Positions 1-9,634 of a stretch of 64,000 nt of DNA are shown here, in pieces. Source of the stretch: Candidatus Woesearchaeota archaeon (GTDB taxonomy: Archaea > Nanobdellota > Nanobdellia > Woesearchaeales > 21-14-0-10-32-9); the NCBI GenBank assembly GCA_021736975.1, contig JAIPET010000004.1, positions 2,008 through 66,007 on the forward strand, written 5' to 3'. Below the pieces are notes generated by a model. The model was not told the origin of the DNA, made no database searches, and worked only from the letters and a program-made list of their open reading frames with translations. A program made the translations under genes and the position numbers. Numbering within the stretch: the first letter of the stretch is position 1; the number at the start of each line of letters is the position of its first letter.

Positions 1-726
1 AACTAAACTATCTTCAAGTTTTTTCATTCTATAAGCTTTATCAGAAGCTCTCACTGCAATAAAACCATTTTTAGAAATAACAGATGGACTAATATCAAGA
101 TACTTTTCAGCAACTATACTTTTTAATTCATCATCAGAATTAATTTCAACACCCATCTCCAAAGATCTTGCAAAATCCATGATTTCAACAAGCTTCTTAT
201 CCTCATAATTAAAATAATATTTATCTAAAAAAGGATCTATCTTAAAAAAAACCTGGCCAATCCGCTCATTTTTCTCAAAAACAATATTATTACAAGAATA
301 ATTACCTAACTCTATTTGAGAACGAGATCCTGCATCAATAAAAGTATTTCCCATATACAAAACATAACCTCCAGGTCTTCTTACAGAACTTCTTCCCTCA
401 ACTGAAGGAAAAATAAATTTATGATTATAATCTCCAAAACCTTCAAAACTAATTTTTTCTGTCAAATTAAGCACACATTCAGAATGAGCAGGCAAAATCA
501 ACTCATCCTCATTAAATAAAACACTATTATTTCTTCGCGAAATAAATTCATCAACATAATCTAACTTCACATCTAAAGTAGACGGCTGCAACCTATTTTT
601 TTCTAACGAAAAATCAATTTTTGGGTCGATAGAAATAAATCCTGCATCAATAGCAGCCAATATAACTTTATCAGATAAAATTCTAATACCACACCTATTT
701 ATATCAAGAGGATCTGGAATTTTCAT
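1..726 (-). CDS. dcd: dCTP deaminase-like protein, probably two tandem dCD/dUTPase-fold domains (runs off window)
   Basis: Hand translation from ATG at 726, no stop to base 1: ILSDKVI...LQPSTLDVKL...EGRSSVRR...FIDAG...NERIGQVFF, then a second SDDELKSIVAEKYLDISP resembling the N-terminus. Confidence 0.7.
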   Translation of the reverse strand, partial: MKIPDPLDINRCGIRILSDKVILAAIDAGFISIDPKIDFSLEKNRLQPSTLDVKLDYVDEFISRRNNSVLFNEDELILPAHSECVLNLTEKISFEGFGDYNHKFIFPSVEGRSSVRRPGGYVLYMGNTFIDAGSRSQIELGNYSCNNIVFEKNERIGQVFFKIDPFLDKYYFNYEDKKLVEIMDFARSLEMGVEINSDDELKSIVAEKYLDISPSVISKNGFIAVRASDKAYRMKKLEDSLV

Positions 727-799
727 AAATATAAGAAAAATGATGTAAATATAAATATTACTGCAAAACAATATAAAACAACAAACAATTCTTATATTT

Positions 800-1819
800 A
801 TGTACACATTAAAACAAATTCCTGAAGACTTTCAAGTAACAGAAATACCAGAAAAAGAATTCTTAAAAGAAGGAACATATCAAGTCTGGAAACTAACCAA
901 AACAAACTACAACACAGAAGACGCGATAAAACAAATAAGCAAAGCACTACACATAGAAAGAAAAACAATATCATATGCAGGAACAAAAGATCGAAATGCT
1001 ATAACAAAACAATACATCACAATAAAAAATACACAAAAAGAAAAAATAGAAAAAATAGAATTAAAAGACATACAACTAGAATTTTGCGGATACTTAAACC
1101 AACCATTAAGTTTAGGAGACCTAAAAGGAAACAAATTCAAAATAACAATAAGAAATCTAAACAATGAACAAATCGCAAAAATCAAAACGCAAGATACAGA
1201 ACACAAAAAACAAAACACAGAACTTATACCGAATTACTTTGATGAACAAAGATTTCAAAAAAATAATGCGGAAATAGGAAAACTACTAGTGAAAAAGAAA
1301 TTCAAAGAAGCATATAATTTACTAAAAGAAGACTACCAATACGGAAAAATAATAAAAGAACACTTTGAAGAAAATCAAAACGATTACATAAATGCACTAA
1401 GAAAAATACCAAAAAAAATCCTAAAATTATATGTACATGCATATCAAAGTAAACTATGGAATGAAACAACAACAAAAATACTACATCTAGAATTAGCAAC
1501 CAACATTCCCGAAAATATACCAATCATCGGATTTGGAACAGAAAAAACAGAAAACGAAAAAATACAAGAAATCATAGAAGAAATAATGAAAAAAGAAGAA
1601 ATAACAGAAAGAGAATTCATAAATCAACAAATACCTGAACTTACTGTAGAAGGAACAAAAAGAAAAACATACATAAAATTACAAAATTTAAAAATAAATA
1701 AACCTGAAAAAGATGAACTAAATCAAGATAAAGAAAAAATAAACATAGAATTCTCAATAGGAAAAGGAAGTTATGCAACAATAGTCATAAAACACATATT
1801 TGGCCCAAAAAACAATTAA
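800..1819 (+). CDS. truD: tRNA pseudouridine(13) synthase TruD
   Basis: KQIPEDFQVTE, YAGTKDRNAITKQ, GDLKGNKFKI, PNYFDEQRF, AYQSKLWN, KGSYAT motifs. Confidence 0.93.
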   Translation: MYTLKQIPEDFQVTEIPEKEFLKEGTYQVWKLTKTNYNTEDAIKQISKALHIERKTISYAGTKDRNAITKQYITIKNTQKEKIEKIELKDIQLEFCGYLNQPLSLGDLKGNKFKITIRNLNNEQIAKIKTQDTEHKKQNTELIPNYFDEQRFQKNNAEIGKLLVKKKFKEAYNLLKEDYQYGKIIKEHFEENQNDYINALRKIPKKILKLYVHAYQSKLWNETTTKILHLELATNIPENIPIIGFGTEKTENEKIQEIIEEIMKKEEITEREFINQQIPELTVEGTKRKTYIKLQNLKINKPEKDELNQDKEKINIEFSIGKGSYATIVIKHIFGPKNN

Positions 1820-1875
1820 ATTTATATATTAAAAAGTTAAAAATCTATAATATTACTAAAAAGAGGTAGATATTC

Positions 1876-2526
1876 ATGGCTAAAAAAAAGATAGCAAAGA
1901 AAGTTTCTAAGAAAAAAGTAGCTAAAAGACCAGTAGCAAAAAAAGTAGTACAACCAAAACCAGTTGATAACACAAAAAAAGCGCTACATGGAAGTTGGTT
2001 TCCAGTAACAATGAGAGCACTAATAATGGTATTACTAGGCGTATATTTATTAGCAGCACCAACAATTACATTAGCAACACTAATAACAACAGTGGGAATA
2101 ATACTAATTGCAGAAGGATTACTATTATCAATAACAACTATGATACACCCAAAAGAACATGAAGAGTGGGGAATCTCATTATTCAGAGGATTTTTAGGAA
2201 TATTAATAGGATTATTTGTTCTAGTACAACCATCTTGGTGGCCAAACATGTCAACAAGCACACTAGCATATGTTGTAGCAACAGTAGCAATATTCATAGG
2301 ATTAATAGAACTAATACATTCAATACAACTACACAAACACTTAGAAAACAAATATTTAATGACACTAGCAGGACTATTAGGAACAATATTTGGAGTTTTA
2401 TTATTATTCACACCAATATTTGAATCACCATCAATAATAGTATTACTAGGAGTATATAGTATAATATTTGGTGTTGGATTAATGCTATTTAGCTTTGAAC
2501 TAAAACTGCTTGGAAACAAGCTATAA
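1876..2526 (+). CDS. HdeD/DUF308-family membrane protein with Lys-rich N-terminal extension
   Basis: About six TM helices with the repeated G..G.L.G....P pattern; AGAGGT SD upstream. Confidence 0.7.
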   Translation: MAKKKIAKKVSKKKVAKRPVAKKVVQPKPVDNTKKALHGSWFPVTMRALIMVLLGVYLLAAPTITLATLITTVGIILIAEGLLLSITTMIHPKEHEEWGISLFRGFLGILIGLFVLVQPSWWPNMSTSTLAYVVATVAIFIGLIELIHSIQLHKHLENKYLMTLAGLLGTIFGVLLLFTPIFESPSIIVLLGVYSIIFGVGLMLFSFELKLLGNKL

Positions 2527-2565
2527 TTTTTTTTAATTTTTTAATCTTATTTTTAATCAAAAAAA

Positions 2566-3636
2566 ATGAAAACCATAATACCTAAAATTCTAAAGAGAAA
2601 AAAAGAGAAAGGACTCCCTCCAGGAACACTAATATACACTGGAGAACACACAGAAGAAGAAATAAACATAGAACTAATTCAATACAACGAAAAACAAATA
2701 ATAGAAACAAAAATACAAAAAGAACAAATATCTAAAAAAATAGCCAATAACAAAGTTAACTGGATAAACATAACAGGAATACACGATTCTGAAATAATAG
2801 AAAAAATAGGAAAAGAATTCTCAATAAACCCCTTAATTCAAGAAGACATACTAAACATAAATCAAAGACCAAAAATAGAACAATTTGAAAAACACATATA
2901 CATAGTTATGAAAATGCCAGAATATAAAAAAGAAACACACAAATTGTCAATGGAACAAATATCCTTAATACTAGGCAAAAACTACGTGATTTCTTTACAA
3001 GAAAAACAAGGAGATGTATTTGACACAATAAGAAACAGAATAAAACAAGGAAAAGGCAGAATTAGAAAGAAAAAATCAGATTACCTTGCATACGTATTAA
3101 TGGATTCAATAATAGATTCATACTACTCATTACTAGAAGAACTCGGAGAAGAATTAGAAGATACAGAAATAAAACTAATAGAAAACCCAACAATAGAAGA
3201 ACAACACAAATTAAACAAAGACAAAAAAAACCTCATACTACTAAGAAAAGCAGTGTGGCCTGTAAGAGAACTAATAAGTAGTTTACAAAGACAAGATACA
3301 AAATTAATCAGTAAAGAACTAGAACCTTATCTAAAAGACCTATATGATCACTCAGTACAAGCAATAGATACAGTAGAAACATACAGAGACATGACAAGCA
3401 GCATGACAGACTTATATATGTCAAGCATAAGCAATAAAATGAATGAAGTAATGAAAGTTCTAACAATCTTTGCAGCAATATTTATCCCACTAACATTCAT
3501 AGCAGGAGTATATGGAATGAACTTTCAATACATGCCAGAACTAAACTGGAAATACGGATATTTATATGTATGGATTTTATTTCTAATAATAGGTGGTGGC
3601 ATGTTAATATATTTTAAAAGAAAAAATTGGCTATAA
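2566..3636 (+). CDS. corA: Magnesium/cobalt transporter CorA
   Basis: GLPPGTL N-terminus, QRPKIE, MNEVMKVLT, YGMNF and MPEL signatures. Confidence 0.96.
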   Translation: MKTIIPKILKRKKEKGLPPGTLIYTGEHTEEEINIELIQYNEKQIIETKIQKEQISKKIANNKVNWINITGIHDSEIIEKIGKEFSINPLIQEDILNINQRPKIEQFEKHIYIVMKMPEYKKETHKLSMEQISLILGKNYVISLQEKQGDVFDTIRNRIKQGKGRIRKKKSDYLAYVLMDSIIDSYYSLLEELGEELEDTEIKLIENPTIEEQHKLNKDKKNLILLRKAVWPVRELISSLQRQDTKLISKELEPYLKDLYDHSVQAIDTVETYRDMTSSMTDLYMSSISNKMNEVMKVLTIFAAIFIPLTFIAGVYGMNFQYMPELNWKYGYLYVWILFLIIGGGMLIYFKRKNWL

Positions 3637-3643
3637 AAACATT

Positions 3644-4255
3644 TTAATTCTTTAATTTTTTATAAACAAAAAAATACAATAAAAAAGATAACAAAACAGA
3701 AAATAAAACATCAAACAAATAATGTTGTTTTATAAAAACTGTCGATATACAAACAAGAAAAGTTACAGGGAATAAATACAACGCTTTATTTTTATCAACA
3801 GAATACAAACATAAATTACTAAGTAAAGAATAAAAAACATGACCACTCGGAAATAAATTAAAAGGTAAATCATTAGAATAAATCCAAGAAACTAAACCTG
3901 TAAAAAAATTACTTTCTAAAATAATAGGCCTTAAAATCAAAGTAGGAATAAAAAGATGAAATAAACTAGTAATAGTAACTGCCAAAAATAACGTGAATGA
4001 AAGCTTATAAAAATTTTTTTGAGAATTCCAATAAAAAGAAAATATCAATATCAATAAAGGAATAAAAAGCACATAAAAAACACTAAAAAAAGGAACAAAA
4101 GGAATAAAATCATCAACTAAAGGCCAAGAAAAAACAAAAACATTAGAATTAATCAATAAACGTTGAATCAAACCATATAAAAAAAAGAATTCTAAAATAA
4201 ACAAAATTAGAAATAAAAAACCTTTATGTTTAATAAAAAATTGTTTAAATCCCAC
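3644..4255 (-). CDS. PAP2-superfamily membrane phosphatase/phosphotransferase
   Basis: NLFPSGHV and STVFIKQHYLFDV motifs, multiple TM helices. Confidence 0.82.
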   Translation of the reverse strand: MGFKQFFIKHKGFLFLILFILEFFFLYGLIQRLLINSNVFVFSWPLVDDFIPFVPFFSVFYVLFIPLLILIFSFYWNSQKNFYKLSFTLFLAVTITSLFHLFIPTLILRPIILESNFFTGLVSWIYSNDLPFNLFPSGHVFYSLLSNLCLYSVDKNKALYLFPVTFLVCISTVFIKQHYLFDVLFSVLLSFLLYFFVYKKLKN

Positions 4256-4299
4256 ACATTTTTTATTAATAAAAAAATATATAAATGTTTTCGTAAATT

Positions 4300-4463
4300 G
4301 GCTCTAGCCGAAAAAGAATAAATTTGTAAACTGCGAATATTTATTTTTCATCTCCGCTAAAAAGAAATAACCGATAAGCACGTAATTTTATTGACTTTGT
4401 CAATAAACTCATCTCAAAATTCTTCAAGGCAGTATACTAAAATCTGTTATTCCTGCTAGAGCC
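4300..4463. mobile_element. MITE-like element family A, copy 1 (164 bp)
   Basis: Terminal IR GGCTCTAGC...GCTAGAGCC; flanks cgtaaatt/tgtaaatt (8-bp duplication, 1 mismatch); 35-bp arms shared with 25536-25658. Confidence 0.8.
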
Positions 4464-4488
4464 TGTAAATTAGGCTAATATAAAACCC

Positions 4489-4583
4489 TTCTTTTTGTAT
4501 TGCGAAGCAATATTATTGACTCCGTCAAAAACAAAAAACCAATATTTGAACTTGTTTTGCCATACAAAAAACAAAGAATTACA
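4489..4583. repeat. Dispersed palindromic repeat family B, copy 1
   Basis: Core TATTGACTCC-nn-CAAAAACAAAAAACCAATATTTG matches 47331-47365 at 33/35; outer TTTTTGTAT...ATACAAAAA stem. Confidence 0.72.
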
Positions 4584-4706
4584 ATTTAATTCACATTATA
4601 AAATTTAACTCTTTCAATTTTGCTTTAAATACTCAAATAAATTAATATTAACACACAATTAAACTAAAAACCTTTATAAATAACGTCTTTGTTCTATTCT
4701 TCATAC

Positions 4707-4780
4707 GGGAGCTTAGCTCAGACTGGGAGAGCGCCACGCTGAAGACGTGGAAGTCCAGGGTTCAAATCCCTGAGTTCCCA
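4707..4780 (+). tRNA. trnF: tRNA-Phe (GAA), no intron, CCA not encoded
   Basis: Acceptor GGGAGCT/AGTTCCC, D arm GCTCAGACTGGGAGAGC, anticodon arm CCACG-CTGAAGA-CGTGG, T loop TTCAAAT; TTTATAAA box at 4673-4680. Confidence 0.96.
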
Positions 4781-4835
4781 TAAATTTTTATTAAAAAAAA
4801 TCAATAAATAAGACATCTAAAGGTGCCCATAAATA

Positions 4836-5795
4836 ATGGATACAATAATAACAACAATAATCGTGGTTTTTCTTATATGCCTATCAGGAATATTCTCCGG
4901 ACTAAATTTAGGACTAATGACACTTAATCCTTTTGAACTAAAAAGACAAATAAGATTAGGAAACAAATACGCAAAAAAAATATATCCCTTAAGAAAAAAA
5001 GGAAACCTACTACTATGCACAATACTATTAGGAAACGTAGCTGTAAACTCAATACTAGCAATATTCTTAGCAGGAATAACAACAGGATTAGTTGCAGGAA
5101 TAACATCAACAGCATTAATTGTGGTATTCGGAGAAATAATACCGCAAGCAACATTTTCAAAACACGCACTAAAACTAGGATCAAAAACAGCATGGATTAT
5201 ATGGCTATTTTTATACATACTATTCCCCATAACAAAACCATTATCAATGATTCTTGATAAAATTTTAGGAAAAGAAATACCAAGAGCATATACAAAAAAA
5301 GAAATATCATTATTAGCAGAAGATCAAGAAAAAATAAAACACTCAGACATAGATATAGATGATTTAGAAATAATAAAAAAAGGATTAATATTTTCAGATA
5401 AAACAGTAAAACAAGTCATGACATACAAAGCAAAAGTACAATTCATAGAAAGAACAACATACCTAACAAAAGAAATACTAAATCAAATAAGAACCACAGG
5501 ACATTCAAGAATCCCAGTTTATGATTTAACCAAAGACAAAATGATAGGAATTTTATACACAAAAGACTTAATAGGACTAAATCCACATCCACCAAAAATA
5601 GTAACTAAAATTATGCGAAAACAAATAGTTAGAATAAAAGACACAGAAAAATTAGATGACGTTTTAAAAAAATTTCAAAAAGACAGAATACACATATTCA
5701 TAGTACTAAACAAAAACAACAAATATGTAGGAATAATAACATTAGAAGATATATTAGAAGAAGTATTTGGCGAAATATGGGACGAATACGACTAA
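4836..5795 (+). CDS. CNNM/DUF21 plus CBS-domain protein (CorC/TlyC-like Mg/Co transport)
   Basis: SGIFSGLNLG, LLCTILLGNVAVN, FGEIIPQ, GHSRIPVY, GIITLEDILEEVFGEIWDEYD. Confidence 0.92.
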   Translation: MDTIITTIIVVFLICLSGIFSGLNLGLMTLNPFELKRQIRLGNKYAKKIYPLRKKGNLLLCTILLGNVAVNSILAIFLAGITTGLVAGITSTALIVVFGEIIPQATFSKHALKLGSKTAWIIWLFLYILFPITKPLSMILDKILGKEIPRAYTKKEISLLAEDQEKIKHSDIDIDDLEIIKKGLIFSDKTVKQVMTYKAKVQFIERTTYLTKEILNQIRTTGHSRIPVYDLTKDKMIGILYTKDLIGLNPHPPKIVTKIMRKQIVRIKDTEKLDDVLKKFQKDRIHIFIVLNKNNKYVGIITLEDILEEVFGEIWDEYD

Positions 5796-5847
5796 ACAAA
5801 TTCTAACAAAAAAACTTATAAATGATTAACTATTACGAAGTGGTAAA

Positions 5848-6336
5848 ATGAGAGAGAAAATATTAGATTGGTATTTAAATTCAAAATACCCAACAGGAAC
5901 AACAAGCAATCAAATAATAAAGTATTTGGAAACAAGCAAAATACAACACCAAATAACAGACCTATTTGATACCCCAGCAATAAAAGAAGAAGAAAATACA
6001 CCTCACAAAATAAACTTTTACAAAAAAATATTCATACTATACAAAGACAAATCAAAAATACTCTCAAAGTTTGGAAAACCTCAAGAAAAATTTGAAAAAT
6101 ACGATTACGAAATTGAAGAACACATATACATAACAAAAATACCAATAATAATTGCAAATTTATTACCGAACTCAAACAAAGAAACCTCACTTAGACTCCA
6201 AGATAGAAAAGCAATAGGAAAAACAGCGATAATATACGGAACAAAAGAAAACATGGAAACATACATAAAAATATCCAAATCAAATGTAAACTTAAATAAC
6301 ATAATAGAAGAAAAAAACAGAGCCAGACATCTATAA
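5848..6336 (+). CDS. Hypothetical protein
   Basis: 162-aa ORF with host-like codon usage, TATA-like box upstream. Confidence 0.6.
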   Translation: MREKILDWYLNSKYPTGTTSNQIIKYLETSKIQHQITDLFDTPAIKEEENTPHKINFYKKIFILYKDKSKILSKFGKPQEKFEKYDYEIEEHIYITKIPIIIANLLPNSNKETSLRLQDRKAIGKTAIIYGTKENMETYIKISKSNVNLNNIIEEKNRARHL

Positions 6337-6424
6337 ACACTCCCTAAACATCTAAAAACACAAAAAAAACACTAATCTTTAGTAGTTATAAAGACTTAAA
6401 TAATAAAAAACATAAAAAATACAT

Positions 6425-7054
6425 ATGCAAATAACACCAACCGTATTTTCAAAAAATAAAAAAGAATTTGAAAACAGATTCAAAAAAATATCAAAACTAT
6501 CAAGAGAAATACAAATAGACATAATGGATGGAAAATTTGTAAAAACAAAATCAATAAATATTTCTGACTTACCAAATTTTTTATATTCAGGAAAAATAAT
6601 AGAAGCGCACCTAATGGTAAAAAACCCAGAAAAATATATTGAACCACTAAGAAAAAAATTTGTTGGACGAATAATATTCCATTACGAAACAACAAAAACA
6701 AAAACCCCTGAAATAATAGAAAACATACACAGACACGGAATGCACGCAGTAATGGCAATAAACCCAGAAACAAAACTAGAAAAAATACAACCATATACAC
6801 ACCTAATACACAGAGTCCTAATAATGGGAGTCAAACCAGGAAAAGAAAAACAAAAACTACTAATATCAACATACAAAAAAATCAAAGAACTAAAACAAAA
6901 TAATCTACATCTAAAAATACAAATAGATGGCGGCGTAAATAAAGAAACAGCAAAAAAATTAAAATACGCAGGCGCAGACATATTAAACACAGGAAGCTAC
7001 GTTACAAACGCAAAAGATCCGGAAAAAGCTCTAAAAGAATTAAAAAACATATAG
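6425..7054 (+). CDS. rpe: Ribulose-phosphate 3-epimerase
   Basis: IDIMDGKFV, EAHLMV, AINPET, MGVKPG, IQIDGGVN, GADILNTGS. Confidence 0.93.
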   Translation: MQITPTVFSKNKKEFENRFKKISKLSREIQIDIMDGKFVKTKSINISDLPNFLYSGKIIEAHLMVKNPEKYIEPLRKKFVGRIIFHYETTKTKTPEIIENIHRHGMHAVMAINPETKLEKIQPYTHLIHRVLIMGVKPGKEKQKLLISTYKKIKELKQNNLHLKIQIDGGVNKETAKKLKYAGADILNTGSYVTNAKDPEKALKELKNI

Positions 7055-7205
7055 AGAGCTTTTTCCAACATTTCTGTTTTTCAAACAAAAATCATCCAAA
7101 AAAAGCAATAGAAGAACTAAAAAATCTATAACTCACTTTTTCTAACATTTTCATTTTACAAACAAAAATCATCCAGAAAAAGCAATAGAAGAACTAAAAA
7201 ACTAA
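7004..7205 (+). repeat. Three degenerate tandem copies (77-bp period) of the rpe 3' end
   Basis: Units at 7004, 7081 and 7158 translate TNAKDPEKALKELKNI*, SNKNHPKKAIEELKNL*, TNKNHPEKAIEELKN*. Confidence 0.8.
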
Positions 7206-7729
7206 TATTTCTTTAATAAATTATTCAAATCAAAATACTGAGACCTAACACTCCTTAAAGAATCACTAAAATCTTCCTTAAACTTAACTTCAGAAACATA
7301 ATCGCCACTCCCAACACCAATATTAAAATCAGAATCAAATTTAAATTTGTCATTTGAACCATCAAGAGCATCATTCATTTTTTTATAAGCCAAAACATCA
7401 TTAGGACAGTTAATCTCAAAACCTCCTAATTTAAAACTTAAAGGAGTAAGCTTCAAATCAAAAGCCAAATTATTACCCTTGGAATAAAATTTAGTAAAAC
7501 AACCAACTAAACTAGGAACATCAGCAAAATCAACATAAGTACCTTTTATCTCAGAATGAAAAGAATCATTATAAAAAAAATTAGCTGATTGAATAAAAAA
7601 AGAAGACAACAACTCATTAAAAGGACCATTAGAATCATTAAGGAATTTTAAATCAGCAAATTCAGCATACTCATTTTTCAAATTTGTACCAATTTGAAAA
7701 TTTACTCCTAAACTATTCAAAATCGACAT
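7202..7729 (-). CDS. Hypothetical protein
   Basis: 175-aa ORF, TATA box upstream, no recognisable motif. Confidence 0.6.
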   Translation of the reverse strand: MSILNSLGVNFQIGTNLKNEYAEFADLKFLNDSNGPFNELLSSFFIQSANFFYNDSFHSEIKGTYVDFADVPSLVGCFTKFYSKGNNLAFDLKLTPLSFKLGGFEINCPNDVLAYKKMNDALDGSNDKFKFDSDFNIGVGSGDYVSEVKFKEDFSDSLRSVRSQYFDLNNLLKKY

Positions 7730-7825
7730 ACAAAAAGAAATAAAAACACATTTATAAATTTTTCATTAAAAAATAGTAAAAAAAATAACAATAAGGTTTA
7801 TTAATAACGAAAGAAAAATAAACAT

Positions 7826-8668
7826 ATGCTTGCAAAAAAAGAGGAAATTAAGTTAAAAAAGAAAGCAAACCAAATAAGACAAGACATAATATCCATGATC
7901 TACCACGCAGAATCAGGACATCCAGCAGGAAGCCTAGGAATGACAGATGTCTTAACCTATTTATATTTTAAATTTCTAAAAACATATCCAGGAGAACCCT
8001 CAAACCATAAAAGAGACTATCTAATATTAAGCAATGGACACATATGCCCTGCAATATACGCAACTCTTGCACACAAAGGATTCTTTAAAATGAAAGAACT
8101 CCTTACTTTAAGAAAATTAGGCTCAAGATTGCAAGGACACCCACACAGAACACAATTACCAGGCCTAGAAACAAGCAGCGGCCCACTAGGCAGCGGATTA
8201 AGTCAAGCATGCGGAATAGCACTCTCATTAAAACAAGAAAATAAAAAAAACCAAGTCGTAGTATTAACAAGCGACGGAGAACACGAAGAAGGAAACCAGT
8301 GGGAAGCAATAATGCTCGCAAACAAATACAAACTAGACAACATAATACAAATAATGGATCGAAACCACATCCAAATAGACGGAACCACAGACGAAATAAT
8401 GCCACTAAAAAATCTAAAAGAAAAATACGAAAGCTTCGGATGGCACGTACAAGAAATAAACGGCCACAAATTTAAAGAAATACATAACGCGCTAGAACTA
8501 GCAAAAAACCTAAAAGGACAACCAAAAATAATAATAGCAAACACAACACCCGGAAAAGGCGTGCGCTTTATGGAAAACACAAACAAATGGCACGGCAAAG
8601 CACCAAACCACGAAGAAACACATCAAGCAATACAAGAACTAAAAAAAGAATACGAAAAAATAAAATGA
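7826..8668 (+). CDS. tkt: Transketolase N-terminal (TPP-binding) subunit
   Basis: SGHPAGSLG, LSNGHICP, LQGHP, GPLGSGLS, SDGEHEEG..WEA, WHGKAP. Confidence 0.95.
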   Translation: MLAKKEEIKLKKKANQIRQDIISMIYHAESGHPAGSLGMTDVLTYLYFKFLKTYPGEPSNHKRDYLILSNGHICPAIYATLAHKGFFKMKELLTLRKLGSRLQGHPHRTQLPGLETSSGPLGSGLSQACGIALSLKQENKKNQVVVLTSDGEHEEGNQWEAIMLANKYKLDNIIQIMDRNHIQIDGTTDEIMPLKNLKEKYESFGWHVQEINGHKFKEIHNALELAKNLKGQPKIIIANTTPGKGVRFMENTNKWHGKAPNHEETHQAIQELKKEYEKIK

Positions 8669-9141
8669 AAAACAAACAAATAAAACTCTTAACATTATGC
8701 TTTATCCAAAAAGAAAATAAAATACTACTCGCAATGAAAAAAAGAGGATTTGGAGCAGGAAGATATAATGGATACGGAGGAAAAGTAGAAGCAAATGAAA
8801 ATATTAAAGAAGCAGCAAAAAGAGAAATGCTCGAAGAATCCACATTAAAAATAAAAAAATTAGAAAAAAAAGCAATACTAAAATTTGACTCAGAAAAATT
8901 TGAAAAAATCCAAGAAGTACACGTATTTGAAATAAAAGAATACGAAGGCGAACCAAAAGAAACAGAAGAAATGAAACCAAAATGGTTTGACATAAACAAA
9001 ATACCCTACAAAGAAATGTGGCCAGACGACGAATACTGGTTACCCAAATATTTAGAAGGAAAAAAATTCAAAGCATCATTCAAATTCGATAAAAACGACA
9101 AAGTAATAGAACACGAAATAAAAGAGGTTAAAAAACTTTGA
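8665..9141 (+). CDS. NUDIX hydrolase, MTH1/8-oxo-dGTPase-like
   Basis: LLAMKKRGFGAG, GGKVE..E....AAKREMLEE, TEEMKPKWF, MWPDDEYWL; likely start is ATG 8665 overlapping the tkt stop (ATGA). Confidence 0.9.
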   Translation: MKNKQIKLLTLCFIQKENKILLAMKKRGFGAGRYNGYGGKVEANENIKEAAKREMLEESTLKIKKLEKKAILKFDSEKFEKIQEVHVFEIKEYEGEPKETEEMKPKWFDINKIPYKEMWPDDEYWLPKYLEGKKFKASFKFDKNDKVIEHEIKEVKKL

Positions 9142-9148
9142 AAACAAA

Positions 9149-9634
9149 ATGAAACTCTTACTAATAATAGATATGCAAGAAGGGTTTAGATATAAAACAA
9201 ATGAAAAAATAATACCAAATATAAAAAAACTAATTAAACAATTTAAAGGAAAAATAATATTCACAAAATTTCAAAACAAAAAAAACTCCCATTTTGAAAA
9301 AATACTAAACTGGAAAAAATTTCAAAACAAAAAAGATCAAGAAGTGATGACTGAATTAAAAGAATTAGTAAAAGAAACAATAACACATACAAACTACACA
9401 GTATTAAACACAGCTTTAAAAAAATACATAAAACTACACAAAATAAATGAAATAACCATATGCGGAATATACACAGATGTATGCATAATAAAAACAACAA
9501 TGGATTTATTTGATGTAAAAATACTTGTTAAAGTTGTTGAAAATGCCACGATAACCCAATATAATAATGATCAAAATCAGACATTAAAATCAATAAGACG
9601 AATAATAGGAAAAGAAAACGTGATAAAAATATGA
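9149..9634 (+). CDS. Isochorismatase-family cysteine hydrolase
   Basis: LLIIDMQEGF and CGIYTDVCI motifs. Confidence 0.85.
   Translation: MKLLLIIDMQEGFRYKTNEKIIPNIKKLIKQFKGKIIFTKFQNKKNSHFEKILNWKKFQNKKDQEVMTELKELVKETITHTNYTVLNTALKKYIKLHKINEITICGIYTDVCIIKTTMDLFDVKILVKVVENATITQYNNDQNQTLKSIRRIIGKENVIKI

Noticed and set aside
4707-4780. tRNA-Phe as integration site of an island
   Set aside because: No duplicated tRNA 3' end and no intact integrase seen in the window.
7004-7205. 77-bp periodic repeat as a mini CRISPR array
   Set aside because: Units are degenerate copies of the rpe coding end, the intervening parts also resemble each other, and no cas genes are present.
8587-8664. 26-aa N-terminal extension of the NUDIX ORF
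   Set aside because: Overlaps the transketolase C-terminus; ATG 8665 gives a normal ATGA-coupled start.
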